Source of the DNA: Ruminococcus sp.
GTDB lineage: Bacteria; Bacillota; Clostridia; Oscillospirales; Ruminococcaceae
Assembly: GCA_015066665.1 (NCBI GenBank)
Contig: SVNX01000003.1
Span: 39,074-103,073, forward strand
Length of the DNA stretch: 64,000 bases
Direction: 5' to 3'
Positions 28,196 to 38,420 of the stretch are shown here, piece after piece. Both the position numbers and the translations under genes were made by a program. Each line of letters begins with the position of its first letter. The first letter of the stretch is position 1. The notes beneath the pieces are model-generated. The model saw only the letters and a program-made list of their open reading frames with translations. It did no database searches and was not told where the DNA came from.

Positions 28196-29581
28196 ATGAA
28201 ATTTGATTTGAAGAAAAATGTTTCGGTTCCGGCATGGGGGCTTCTGGTAGGCTTCTGTATTGTGATCCTCTGCCTTTCATTCTCGCTGTTCATGGGCGTG
28301 TACATGCTTACCCATAATCAGCGGGAGAGTGCCGTGCCGAGCGGCAATGTGACTGTGGCTACGGGTGACGGCATGCAGGACGATTCCCAGCAGCCCACCG
28401 GTGAAACCAATCCGCAGGGCGGACTGCTCGGTGTGATCCCCGGCGATGAGACCGACAGCAAGGCACCTGCCGCAGAGGGTACCGATGAGGTGCCCACCGA
28501 CAATACGCCCGTACCCGATGGCAGGGTGGAACAGCTTCTTGCTGAGATGAGCGTCGAGGATAAGGTTTACCAGATGTTCATCGTCACCCCCGAGGCACTC
28601 GTGAACAACGAGGTCAGCTGTGTGACGGTTTCGGGTGAGACCACAAAGAAATATATTGAACAGCGTCCCGTCGGCGGTGTCATCTATTTCACACAGAATC
28701 TGGAGGATACCCAGCAGACCACGGACATGATCTCCAAGCTTCAGGAATATGCCGGTGCCAGCAACGACGGCATCGGACTGTTCATCGCTGTCGATGAAGA
28801 AGGCGGCCGTGTGGCAAGAGCCGCCAGCAAGCTCGGCACCACAAAGCATCCCGCTATGAGCTTCTTCGGTGACGGCAACGATCCGGATGCACCGCAGGCT
28901 GTGTATGATGCAGGTGCGGATATTGCACAGGATATCCGGCAGTTCGGCTTCAATCTGGACTTTGCGCCGGTGGCCGATGTGAACATCGACCCGAATAATG
29001 AGCTGGGCGATCGTATCTTCAGCAGCGATCCGCAGCTTGTCTCCGACCTGAGCGCACAGTTCGTCAAGGGTCTGCAGGACAACGGCGTGAGCGCAACGCT
29101 CAAGCATTTCCCGGGTCTCGGTGCAGCCAATGCCAACACCCACAACAGTTCCTTCGTACGCATCAACCGTACCATTGAGGAGCTGCGTGCCGAAGAGTTC
29201 AAGGCCTTCAAGGGCGGCGTGGATGCCGGTTCGGATTTTGTCATGCTCGGTCATCAGATCGTAAGCGCCGCCGGCGATGAAACACCTTCCTCCATGTCCG
29301 CTGTTGTTGTCGGCGACTGGCTGAGAGGGGAGCTGGGCTATCAGGGCATTATCGTGACCGACGCACAGAATATGGGTGCCATCACACAGGTGTACACATC
29401 CGAGCAGGCCGCTGTGAAGGCCATTCAGGCGGGTGTGGATGTTGTGCTGATGCCTGCAGATTTTCAGAGTGCCTACAACGGCGTGCTCAGTGCTGTCAAG
29501 AACGGCACCATCCCGGAGGAGCGTCTTGATGAGAGCGTCCGCCGCATCCTGACCGTGAAAGAAAAGCATGGCTTAATATAG
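28196..29581 (+). CDS. Glycoside hydrolase family 3 (beta-N-acetylhexosaminidase/NagZ-like), membrane-anchored
   Basis: N-terminal TM, KHFPGLG motif and GIIVTDA (candidate nucleophile Asp). Confidence 0.8.
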   Translation: MKFDLKKNVSVPAWGLLVGFCIVILCLSFSLFMGVYMLTHNQRESAVPSGNVTVATGDGMQDDSQQPTGETNPQGGLLGVIPGDETDSKAPAAEGTDEVPTDNTPVPDGRVEQLLAEMSVEDKVYQMFIVTPEALVNNEVSCVTVSGETTKKYIEQRPVGGVIYFTQNLEDTQQTTDMISKLQEYAGASNDGIGLFIAVDEEGGRVARAASKLGTTKHPAMSFFGDGNDPDAPQAVYDAGADIAQDIRQFGFNLDFAPVADVNIDPNNELGDRIFSSDPQLVSDLSAQFVKGLQDNGVSATLKHFPGLGAANANTHNSSFVRINRTIEELRAEEFKAFKGGVDAGSDFVMLGHQIVSAAGDETPSSMSAVVVGDWLRGELGYQGIIVTDAQNMGAITQVYTSEQAAVKAIQAGVDVVLMPADFQSAYNGVLSAVKNGTIPEERLDESVRRILTVKEKHGLI

Positions 29582-29594
29582 GAGGGAATCGAAT

Positions 29595-30173
29595 ATGGCA
29601 GCAAAAAAGAAACCTGCAAGGAGGGCAGCCGGAGGCGGTGCTGCATCCGCATCCATGGGCGGCGGCCGATCCGCTGTCGCCAGAAGAGCCCTGCAGGAAC
29701 GAAATAAAGGCATTGTCTTCGGACTTGTGGCCGCACTGATCGGCATGCTGGTGATTACCGTGATCATGCTGTTCGGTTTTCAGGGCAAGCTCCCTGTGCT
29801 TGACCGCTGCAATTGCTCGTGGGAAAAGGTGATCGTTTTCTCCGTTGCTGCATTTGCGGCACTGGCACTGCAGACGGTGGGATACCTCATGTATCAGAGC
29901 AAATGTGCCCACTTCAAGACCATTACCAATCCCAGACAGAAGGAGAGATGGAGAAAGCAGCAGATGCCCTTCTTTGTGATGACCACGCTCCTGATTGCGG
30001 TGATTCCGGTAGTGATTGTTTATCTTGTTCTGCCGCTTCTGGTTGATCAGAATGGCAATATGCTCTGGTTTGTACAGCGCGGCATGGGCATTGTCTGCAT
30101 CCTCGTGACATTTGTAGAATCCGGTGCCATCGGCGTTCTGCAAAAAATCATCTTTACAAAAGAAGTCGCATAA
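29595..30173 (+). CDS. Hypothetical polytopic membrane protein with an Arg/Ala-rich N-terminus
   Basis: 4 predicted hydrophobic helices. Starts 13 nt after the GH3 gene. Confidence 0.5.
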   Translation: MAAKKKPARRAAGGGAASASMGGGRSAVARRALQERNKGIVFGLVAALIGMLVITVIMLFGFQGKLPVLDRCNCSWEKVIVFSVAAFAALALQTVGYLMYQSKCAHFKTITNPRQKERWRKQQMPFFVMTTLLIAVIPVVIVYLVLPLLVDQNGNMLWFVQRGMGIVCILVTFVESGAIGVLQKIIFTKEVA

Positions 30174-30188
30174 AAGGAGGGAACGTCA

Positions 30189-30671
30189 ATGGCAAGACGC
30201 AGAAACAGAAACAGAGCCGCTGCACGCAGAGGCCCCCGTACGATATGGAATGCCTATCGCCATAAGGGCGTGTCCAGTATTGTGATCTGCCTGATCCTCT
30301 GGATCATTTACTGTGTGGCAGCATGGTTCCTCATCGGCGAAAAAATGGGCTATTACAGCGGCGAGCTGGATAATTACCTCAAGGAAATCTATTCCGATGA
30401 GCGCTGGAAGCGTACCATCATCAACGGCATCATCCAGTTTCTTCTGATGATCTGGCCGATGTGCGAATATCTCTTTGTATTCCACAGACCTGTGGGTCTG
30501 AAGGATCGCTATAAGTGGTATGTGCCGTTCATTGTGATGATCTGCATTACACTGGCCGTCGTGATTCTGGTCAATGCACTGACGCTCACACTCGGCTGGC
30601 TGACACTGGTACAGATCCTGCTGGCAATGGCTGTCATCATGATCCCCCGCTTTGCTTTCCCGCCCAGATAA
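30189..30671 (+). CDS. Hypothetical polytopic membrane protein with an Arg-rich N-terminus
   Basis: MARRRNRNRAAARRGPR followed by 4 hydrophobic helices. AGGAGGG RBS. Confidence 0.5.
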   Translation: MARRRNRNRAAARRGPRTIWNAYRHKGVSSIVICLILWIIYCVAAWFLIGEKMGYYSGELDNYLKEIYSDERWKRTIINGIIQFLLMIWPMCEYLFVFHRPVGLKDRYKWYVPFIVMICITLAVVILVNALTLTLGWLTLVQILLAMAVIMIPRFAFPPR

Positions 30672-30720
30672 TTTCCATCATCCCACCATAGAACCGGTCT
30701 TCGGACCGGTGACAACGATG

Positions 30721-30748
30721 TTCATTCCGTAAACGGAGTAACGATAAT
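30721..30748 (+). promoter_or_regulatory. Weak candidate promoter ahead of the 11-gene cluster
   Basis: TTCATT, 16-nt spacer, GATAAT. Preceded by the hairpin accggtc-ttcg-gaccggt at 30693..30710. Confidence 0.25.
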
Positions 30749-30760
30749 AAGAAAGGTTGC

Positions 30761-32539
30761 GTGATATCCATGAAAAGAATCGAATTCAAGGCGTACGGCG
30801 GTACCGGTACGCTGATCGGAAGGAGCTTTGTGACGCTCATGGCGCTCAATGCCTGCGACCTGGCCGGCAGCGAGCATCAGGACGATGAGTGCGTGATTTA
30901 TCAGCTCGACTACGACGATCAGAGACCCGTCGGCAACACCACAAACGATGCTACCTACTTTAAACATGTCATCAGCTGCTATAACCAGCTGCACAACCGC
31001 GGTCTGAAATTTATCGCACCCATCAGCATGAAGATTGCACCGTACACATTGAAAAATGTCAGAGCGCACGCATACGGTGCCAATGAGGATCTGTACAGCC
31101 TGGAATCCCTGTTCTGCAGCGGCAGAAACAAGCAGGAGATCCGTGAGCTGCTCTCCTCCGCCTTTACCACCGATCCGGAATCCACAACCGAAGAGCTGGA
31201 GCGTTCCAACCGTGACGGCTGCTATGGTGACCTTGCCGTCAACGGCTTCATCAGCAAGAGACTGCTCGTGCGCCGTTCGTTCCATAATGTGGGCATGTAC
31301 AGGGATCTGGCCGGCCGTCTGGATGGTGCACAGGTGTTCTATGCCGGCTCTACCGACGGCGGTACTGCCAATACCATGATCGATAAGGACATTGAGTCCC
31401 TGCTGGACTTTCTTGCAGCAACCGGTGTTGACACCGGACACAATCGTCCCTTCCGCCTGTACGGACTGAGAACCACCCCCTACAGCAAGTTTGAACTGAA
31501 CGGCAACGATGCCGATGTTGCCATCACAGCCCCGATCCTGCGTGATAAGTTCGAAATGTCCAAGGGCGTATTCATGAACATCCAGCGTCAGAATGACAAT
31601 CCGGACAGAGAAAGCTACTACTATCTGGATCCCAACCGCTCCTACTGGCTCGATGGTCTGTTCATCGGTGCAAGCAGCACGCTCGACCTCACCTCCGCCG
31701 AGGCCAAGAAGGATAATCAGTACCACCCGTCCCATCTGGTGGAATTTGCACTGGCACAGCAGGCCATGGATGCCATTGCCGGCCGTCTGCCCCAGCTGCC
31801 CGAGTCCACCCCCCATATCTATGGCTATAACGACAGCGCCGAGGACTTCATCACACTTGACGGTTTCTTCAAGGAGAGCCGTGTGAAGTATTCCTATGAG
31901 GTGCTCACCGACAATAAGCCGCCGGAGTCCACCATTGAACTTTCCAAGTATATCCGTGCCATTCTGCTGACACTGGTGACCATCCGCGGCCAGATGATTG
32001 CTGACTTTGCCAATTATAACGACTGCCCCGACTATGTGGACGATATTTTCCATAAGTGCCATGGTGATGAGCCGACCGTGTGCCCGCTCGTTGCCACAGA
32101 GCTGAAGAAGTTCCTCGATGAATCCAAGTTCATCGTTATGACCTTCATGAACATCATGGAGTATTCCAAGTTCGACCATGGTGCACAGATCGTCCGCTTT
32201 ATGGAAAATGCCATCCAGTATATCTATGATGTGGACAATATGGGCAGACCGATCACCCGTCCGGCAGAACGCACTCTCGCAGTGATCCAGAACGATGCCG
32301 GTACCGATTTTGAAGTGCGCTTTGAGGCATTCCCCGAATTCTGGGCACTCGATGAGATGTCCCGCATCCGCTTTGAACGCGGCGGCGTATTCGGCGGCGG
32401 CAAGCTGAAGAATGAGATGTTCTACCTGAATCATCAGGGTCAGAGTGCACAGGACAGCGCTTCCATCATCGCCAATAACATGATCAAGCGTACATTTGAA
32501 ATGTATCTGTCCGTACTGAATCCCGACGGCGGTTTCTAA
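30761..32539 (+). CDS. Cluster gene A: candidate divergent tubulin/FtsZ-superfamily (Tubulin_2-like) protein
   Basis: N-terminal FKAYGGTGTLIG (T1-like), RDGCYGDLAVNG near residue 155 and FYAGSTDGGTANTMID near residue 198 (T4-like GGT). Alternative ATG start at 30770. Confidence 0.4.
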   Translation: MISMKRIEFKAYGGTGTLIGRSFVTLMALNACDLAGSEHQDDECVIYQLDYDDQRPVGNTTNDATYFKHVISCYNQLHNRGLKFIAPISMKIAPYTLKNVRAHAYGANEDLYSLESLFCSGRNKQEIRELLSSAFTTDPESTTEELERSNRDGCYGDLAVNGFISKRLLVRRSFHNVGMYRDLAGRLDGAQVFYAGSTDGGTANTMIDKDIESLLDFLAATGVDTGHNRPFRLYGLRTTPYSKFELNGNDADVAITAPILRDKFEMSKGVFMNIQRQNDNPDRESYYYLDPNRSYWLDGLFIGASSTLDLTSAEAKKDNQYHPSHLVEFALAQQAMDAIAGRLPQLPESTPHIYGYNDSAEDFITLDGFFKESRVKYSYEVLTDNKPPESTIELSKYIRAILLTLVTIRGQMIADFANYNDCPDYVDDIFHKCHGDEPTVCPLVATELKKFLDESKFIVMTFMNIMEYSKFDHGAQIVRFMENAIQYIYDVDNMGRPITRPAERTLAVIQNDAGTDFEVRFEAFPEFWALDEMSRIRFERGGVFGGGKLKNEMFYLNHQGQSAQDSASIIANNMIKRTFEMYLSVLNPDGGF

Positions 32540-32561
32540 AAAACAGAGAAGGAGTAAAGCT

Positions 32562-35500
32562 ATGAGTTATACATTTCCAGGTCAGCAATTTGCGCAGCCC
32601 GGTACACAGCCGATTGACCTTGTACAGCTGCTGGGCAACCTCCCCGAATGGGGCAAGGCCCTGAAGCTCGGCGTGGCCGGTGCACCTACATACAGAGCGT
32701 TCAATACATCCGCTGCTTACTTTGAATTCATGAACAAGCAGAATCGGGATTTCAGCGACAGTGAAGCCAACGAGTTCATCCTCTCTCCCGACCTGCCCAA
32801 GTTCCAGGATCTCAGAAAATATATGATCATCCTGGCCAATGTCCTGCTGAAGGAATACTGCGATCTGAATCTGGCTGCCAGAAAGATCGACTACATGACC
32901 GTCTGCGATTATGACGGCCAGAACGATGACCTCAAGAAGCTCATCGGTGAATGGGCCAAGGAGATCGATTCCAGAAATAACCGGGATCTCACCGAAATCT
33001 ACATCAAGGTCGACGGCACTGCCTATCCGATTGCCTTCTACTCCGAGACCAAGATGCGTGTGTATCCCTTCAATACCATCAATCGTGTTGCCCTGCAGAA
33101 GCTTCTCGGCTGGGATGAGGAGAAGAAGGACTTCACAATGGAAGCCCTTGCCAAGGATTTCAATGCCCGTCCCACCTCCGACAGAGTGCTCTATGCCGCA
33201 CTCTATGACACCAATGCAGGCCTCACCACCATCAATGCCGCAAAGGCACTGGCACTCTGGCTGACCAGAAACAGAGCCGGCATCCGTATGGAAAACGGTG
33301 CACCCTATCCGATTCAGTGCGTGGAGGTTGTCATCGACGATCAGGTGCAGAGCCTCAATCTGCCCATCCCCGCCATGCCCTACGGCCTGAAGAAGCACAA
33401 TGCCTTCTCCGAGCAGCTGCTGATCATCAAGTCCAATTCCAATGCCAGAAATCATGAGTGCGGCCTGTGCACCATCCCCAACGCCAGCATTGGTATCAAG
33501 GATGCATCCGCACCGGAGCATGCCATCGTACCTCCGCTCAGTGATTATCTGATCGGTCTGATCCGTTCCCAGCAGGTGGAATTCAAGGGTGCTGAAGTGG
33601 CCAAGAACGGCGGCGATTATCAGGCAACCATCCATCTGTGCATCCAGGGTGCGGACTGCAGCTTCACCTGGGACTATGCGGCCGGGGATGTGAGAAAGTG
33701 TGACAACTTCCCGCTGGTATCCGTCCTCAAGTGCCCCAATGAAGCCACCATTGCCCGTCTCTACCGCTGCGACTATGAGCCGGTCGACAGAACACCTGCC
33801 TCCTATCTGGACGGCTATGAGATCAAGCTGGGTCTCGCACAGGGCCATGACAATAATTATGAGCTCCAGTTCAATGTGAATGTCACCGTGAACCAGGATG
33901 AGCTGTATTACTTCGGCGTGCGTTATCACAATTCCGATGAGGGCCGCACCTATTCCTGCGGTTACCTGTTCTATGATAGGGCGCACTCCCTCTACAATGC
34001 CACCAATGCATCCGATTCCACTTCTGTTCTGATCGATGACTCCAACAACATCGCACAGATCGCAGTACTCGATACGGACACCAACAAGGTGAGCGCCTAT
34101 AACGTATACAACGACCGCATCTTCTTCTTCAACCGCAACAGCCGCAATGACTTCGATGCAAGAAACGGCAAGATCTGGGGTGAACCCAATACCACCATCT
34201 TTGAAGTGGCCGGCGGCAGCATGTTTGCACTGGCACCCTTCAGCAGCGAGTTTGCTGACATGGTGGCCAATAAGCAGATCAGACTGACTCGTGCCGACCT
34301 GAAGCAGGACGGCCATAACTGGGAGTTCTTCGTTGAGTTTGAGTACAAACGCAGAAACATGAAGACCAAGACCAGAGTCTACAAGCCCGAGGAGCAGTAC
34401 ACCTCTCCCAATCCGCCCTTCCTGTATGCTGTGCAGACCGTGAATGCCCAGACTGCAAAGCCCGGCTATGATGTCATCATGGTGCAGAATATGCGTGTGG
34501 CAGGCGGCGTGTCCCAGAGCGGCAAGTCCAATGTCCTCGATTCCAACGACCTGCAGTTCCAGATCGGCAAGAAGAGCATTGTTTCCACACTCTTTGTGGA
34601 TCAGCAGGAGCTGGATCAGCACAACCCCAGAACCTATATCAAAATCTACGGCAGCCCCTCCGACGGCAAGCCCTATTATGGTCAGATCTCCCTGCCTCTG
34701 GCATCCTACAGCCTGCTTGACGGTTTCCACGCACTGAAGGATGATTCCACCGACTGTGCCGCCGTTCTGCTCGTGAACAATATGGGTGCCGGCCAGCCCA
34801 AGCAGATCATCACCGGCCGTGTATTCGATGACAATCTCTTCCTGATTGCAAGAGAATCCTCCCGCAGTGCCTACACAGAGTATAAGTCCTGGCGCAACAG
34901 CGGTCTGTTTGTCGATGTGGAAGACATGCCCATGGAGCATCGTGACGGTAAGGAATATGAGGCTATCTTCCCGTTCAGCCTGCAGATGCTGCGTAATCTG
35001 AACAGCGGCAATCTCCAGCTGTCCCAGGGCCACAGACCCGTTGTGAGATATGACCGTGAATCCAAGTGCTACCGTGTGTCCATCTTCATCGAAAAGGGCA
35101 ACGGTGAGCAGGATCCCTTCACCATGTCCTACCGTGAAAGCCAGATCGTCCGCTGTGACAATCTGCCCTTCATCGTGCCGCTGAAGGATAACGAGAACCA
35201 TATGCACATTGTCCGCTTCAACAACGAGGCGCAGCAGCATCTGCGTGACCACGCCGACGGTACCCGCATGATCATCGACTGCATGAACGGCGAGAAGGCT
35301 GTTCCTGTGGAAAAGGAGAAGATCGTGTCGCTCGACGGCAGTAATGTGATTCTGCGTGTGGCTGCCCCCAAGGAGAATGCACAGTGCGTATGCCATGTGC
35401 TGTATCAGGCAGCAGAGCCCTTCGGTGACGGCGTGTATTCCGTGCATTCCGATGCCACCGGTGCACAGCATGTATTCGATTACAATGCCAAGGAAAACCG

Positions 35501-38285
35501 TGTCAGAGAGATCACTGTCTTCACGGATTATATCATGTGGACAAGCCTCTTTGCTGACACCTTCGCAAACGGTACAGAGCCGGTTTCCGTTTCTGACAGA
35601 GGCCGCCGTGATTCCCGTATCTATTCCATCCCGATCACAATGGAATTCTCCCGCCTCATGGAGGAGAGAGGCCTGAAGATTGCGGATTACTCCCATGTCA
35701 AGTACCACACCGATGTGAACGATGTGGACAGCGGCATCACCGACAGCAATGCCGATCTCTATGTCACCATCAGTCTCACCGGCCTGAAGGGCGGATCGTC
35801 CACCGTTCAGAAGTGCTTCGATAAGAGCCACATCGTCGGCTTCGGCCGTTACCCGCTGCCGACACTGACGGTATTCCCGTTTGTGAATTTCGTGGCCAAC
35901 CATACTTATGGCGAAAAGCTGCGCGGCAAGAGCCTCTGGCAGCAGTATTCCTACGCCAAGTTCACAAAGGAAACCGAAACCGCAGAACGTGACAGCAATG
36001 CCCGTACCGAGGCACTCGGTGCCCGTGTTGAGTTCTGGATCAACGGCAAGAAGGTTGAGTTCCAGAAGAGAAGCACCAAGATCATGGACTCCATGGAGGT
36101 CAATGAGCAGACCCGTATGGAAGTTGCCAAGGTTTCCGGATGGGGTCACTACATCCATATGAAGTACGATGGATCCAATACAGTTGCTCCCACAAAGCCC
36201 GTGGACAGCCAGTGGAACGGCAAGGAGCTCGGCTGCATCATCATGAAGCCGGCGCCTACCAAGGAGGTCGATTCCACCCGCAATGCCACTGTCGGTGTGG
36301 ACTTCGGTACCAGAAATTCCATCGTGGCCATCTATCCCGACGGCGTGACAGCTGTGAGCTTCCCGTACCACGGTCATCAGGAGCTGCAGAAGATCGTCAT
36401 CCCCGGCATGGATGATGTCGCCTTCAAGGATTTCTCCAACCTGAGCTATATTCCGCACTTTGACGGCAGAGCCGATATGGGCGTGGGCTGCGGTAAGTTC
36501 GCTTCCACCGTTATGGCCTACTCCGTTGTTGAAGCTGCCAATGAAGTGCTCACTCCCTATGACCGTGGCTTCGTGCCCAATGTACAGGGCGACGTGCTCA
36601 AGAGAATCATGAACCGCATGACCCGTCCCGGTTCCATGGCCGACCTGCTCGGCTTCTACAGCGATCTGAAGATCTCCACAAGTGCAGATACTGCCGATCC
36701 GAATCTGATCCGCATCATGGACCGCAATGTGCGTCTGTTCATCAAGAGCGTTATGTTCCATACCGCACTCAACTGCTATCAGGCAGGCTGCGGCAAGATC
36801 AATGTCCGCTTCTCCGTACCGTCCGAGATGTTCGTCAAGAATCTCAAGCCCGTATGGCTCGAGGCACAGAAATATATCGATTCCTACTTCCCCGAGCAGG
36901 CACGAGGCAATATCACCGTGGGTGAGTATGCAACCGAGGCCAAGGCCCTGTTCAAGCATCTGAGCAGCAATATGAACGGCACACCGCCCAAGTATTCTGC
37001 CATCACCGACGGCGGTGACGGTACCTATGACTTCACCATCAACAAGCTCGTCGGCAACCAGCTGACCAATCCCAATGCCTTCTCCCTGCGTTATGCCGGT
37101 CAGCAGATCATGACCGATAGCGTGAATGCCTTCTATGACCATCTGGTACGCCGCAACGGCGGTCAGCGCAGTGAGGAAGTCAAGTCCGTCTTCAGAGGCC
37201 TCTGGAAGTCCGGTGACGGCTCCGAGGCTGTGCTGGAAACCCGTGAGCAGCTGATCACGCAGCTCTCCGATTACCGCAATATCCCCGGCGGCACCGACCG
37301 TGAACGTGAGAAGACCATGGTGCTGATGCTCGTTGAGCAGTTCGGCATCGACTGCCAGAAGCTGCGCAACCCCAATGCCCGCAACCTGATGCAGATCGTG
37401 ACCCCCGAATATACCAACTTCGTCAGAATGATCCAGTACAAGTTCCTGTTCCTCTTCAACGTACTGGGTGAACAGATCCGCAAGAATATCCGTCTGGAAG
37501 AGGACGATGTGACAAGCTTCAACATCTACCTCTACGGCGGTACCGCACAGGCACTGACCATTGCAGAACCGCTCTGTCAGGGCAATCTGGCCGTATACGG
37601 CAGCCCCGGTGCCGGCAACCTGCCCATGGTGGTCTTCATTGATGCAATGCTGGATCTGCCGAGAAATGTCAACGGCGAAAAGATCATCCTCAAGTTCATC
37701 CCCGCAAAGGACTCTGAGAAGCGTGAGATCGCAAGCGGTCTGATCGCAATGCAGAGAACCGAGCTGCATAACTTCAATGTGGATGGCGGCCAGAATGTGG
37801 AGATCCCGAGCTTTGCCGGTGCAGCCCCCGCTGCTCAGCAGCAGGAACCCGCAGAAGGCGGATTCGGTGATTTCTTCAGCGGATTCGGCAATATGGGCGG
37901 CATGGGCTTCGATATGAATCCCGCACCGCAGCCCGCAGCCCCCGGTATGGATACGGGCGCAGAGAGAAACGCCAGAAAGCCCAGAACGCTCGATGGCTTC
38001 ATCGACAGCCTCAAGGAAGTACTCTGCAACCGTACCGTAGAGCTGCCGCAGGGTGAGTATTCCATCGACAACTTCCTGCCCTTCATGGACGAGAACGGCC
38101 AGCCCATCTACCTGTCCCGCATTCTCGATGATCAGATTGTCAGAAATGCAATGCTCTCCGAGCTCACAACACTGTGGAATACCGTATGCACTGAGAACAG
38201 CGACATCGACGATCCCGATATGCTCTACCATATCTACACACTGAAGATGGTAGGCCTTGCCATTGAGGCATATCTCAGAAAGTAA
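32562..38285 (+). CDS. Cluster gene B: 1907-aa giant protein with a C-terminal actin/Hsp70-like (ASKHA) ATPase domain
   Basis: GAAGGAG RBS. Ordered motifs VGVDFGTRNSIVA (phosphate 1), RFSVPS, YATEAKA, ITDGGDGTYDFTI (phosphate 2) and IYLYGGTAQ (adenosine). The N-terminal ~1230 aa have no recognised domain. Confidence 0.7.
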   Translation: MSYTFPGQQFAQPGTQPIDLVQLLGNLPEWGKALKLGVAGAPTYRAFNTSAAYFEFMNKQNRDFSDSEANEFILSPDLPKFQDLRKYMIILANVLLKEYCDLNLAARKIDYMTVCDYDGQNDDLKKLIGEWAKEIDSRNNRDLTEIYIKVDGTAYPIAFYSETKMRVYPFNTINRVALQKLLGWDEEKKDFTMEALAKDFNARPTSDRVLYAALYDTNAGLTTINAAKALALWLTRNRAGIRMENGAPYPIQCVEVVIDDQVQSLNLPIPAMPYGLKKHNAFSEQLLIIKSNSNARNHECGLCTIPNASIGIKDASAPEHAIVPPLSDYLIGLIRSQQVEFKGAEVAKNGGDYQATIHLCIQGADCSFTWDYAAGDVRKCDNFPLVSVLKCPNEATIARLYRCDYEPVDRTPASYLDGYEIKLGLAQGHDNNYELQFNVNVTVNQDELYYFGVRYHNSDEGRTYSCGYLFYDRAHSLYNATNASDSTSVLIDDSNNIAQIAVLDTDTNKVSAYNVYNDRIFFFNRNSRNDFDARNGKIWGEPNTTIFEVAGGSMFALAPFSSEFADMVANKQIRLTRADLKQDGHNWEFFVEFEYKRRNMKTKTRVYKPEEQYTSPNPPFLYAVQTVNAQTAKPGYDVIMVQNMRVAGGVSQSGKSNVLDSNDLQFQIGKKSIVSTLFVDQQELDQHNPRTYIKIYGSPSDGKPYYGQISLPLASYSLLDGFHALKDDSTDCAAVLLVNNMGAGQPKQIITGRVFDDNLFLIARESSRSAYTEYKSWRNSGLFVDVEDMPMEHRDGKEYEAIFPFSLQMLRNLNSGNLQLSQGHRPVVRYDRESKCYRVSIFIEKGNGEQDPFTMSYRESQIVRCDNLPFIVPLKDNENHMHIVRFNNEAQQHLRDHADGTRMIIDCMNGEKAVPVEKEKIVSLDGSNVILRVAAPKENAQCVCHVLYQAAEPFGDGVYSVHSDATGAQHVFDYNAKENRVREITVFTDYIMWTSLFADTFANGTEPVSVSDRGRRDSRIYSIPITMEFSRLMEERGLKIADYSHVKYHTDVNDVDSGITDSNADLYVTISLTGLKGGSSTVQKCFDKSHIVGFGRYPLPTLTVFPFVNFVANHTYGEKLRGKSLWQQYSYAKFTKETETAERDSNARTEALGARVEFWINGKKVEFQKRSTKIMDSMEVNEQTRMEVAKVSGWGHYIHMKYDGSNTVAPTKPVDSQWNGKELGCIIMKPAPTKEVDSTRNATVGVDFGTRNSIVAIYPDGVTAVSFPYHGHQELQKIVIPGMDDVAFKDFSNLSYIPHFDGRADMGVGCGKFASTVMAYSVVEAANEVLTPYDRGFVPNVQGDVLKRIMNRMTRPGSMADLLGFYSDLKISTSADTADPNLIRIMDRNVRLFIKSVMFHTALNCYQAGCGKINVRFSVPSEMFVKNLKPVWLEAQKYIDSYFPEQARGNITVGEYATEAKALFKHLSSNMNGTPPKYSAITDGGDGTYDFTINKLVGNQLTNPNAFSLRYAGQQIMTDSVNAFYDHLVRRNGGQRSEEVKSVFRGLWKSGDGSEAVLETREQLITQLSDYRNIPGGTDREREKTMVLMLVEQFGIDCQKLRNPNARNLMQIVTPEYTNFVRMIQYKFLFLFNVLGEQIRKNIRLEEDDVTSFNIYLYGGTAQALTIAEPLCQGNLAVYGSPGAGNLPMVVFIDAMLDLPRNVNGEKIILKFIPAKDSEKREIASGLIAMQRTELHNFNVDGGQNVEIPSFAGAAPAAQQQEPAEGGFGDFFSGFGNMGGMGFDMNPAPQPAAPGMDTGAERNARKPRTLDGFIDSLKEVLCNRTVELPQGEYSIDNFLPFMDENGQPIYLSRILDDQIVRNAMLSELTTLWNTVCTENSDIDDPDMLYHIYTLKMVGLAIEAYLRK

Positions 38286-38420
38286 AATGCCGTCCCCGTC
38301 CGGCCGGATGTGTCCATTCCGGACGCATCCGCCGGTGCGGCGGTGTGAAAATCGCAGTCCCTCGCTGCTTCGCAAGGTGCGGACAGTGCAGGGATCCAGT
38401 ATCTGAAAAGTGGTGATAGA

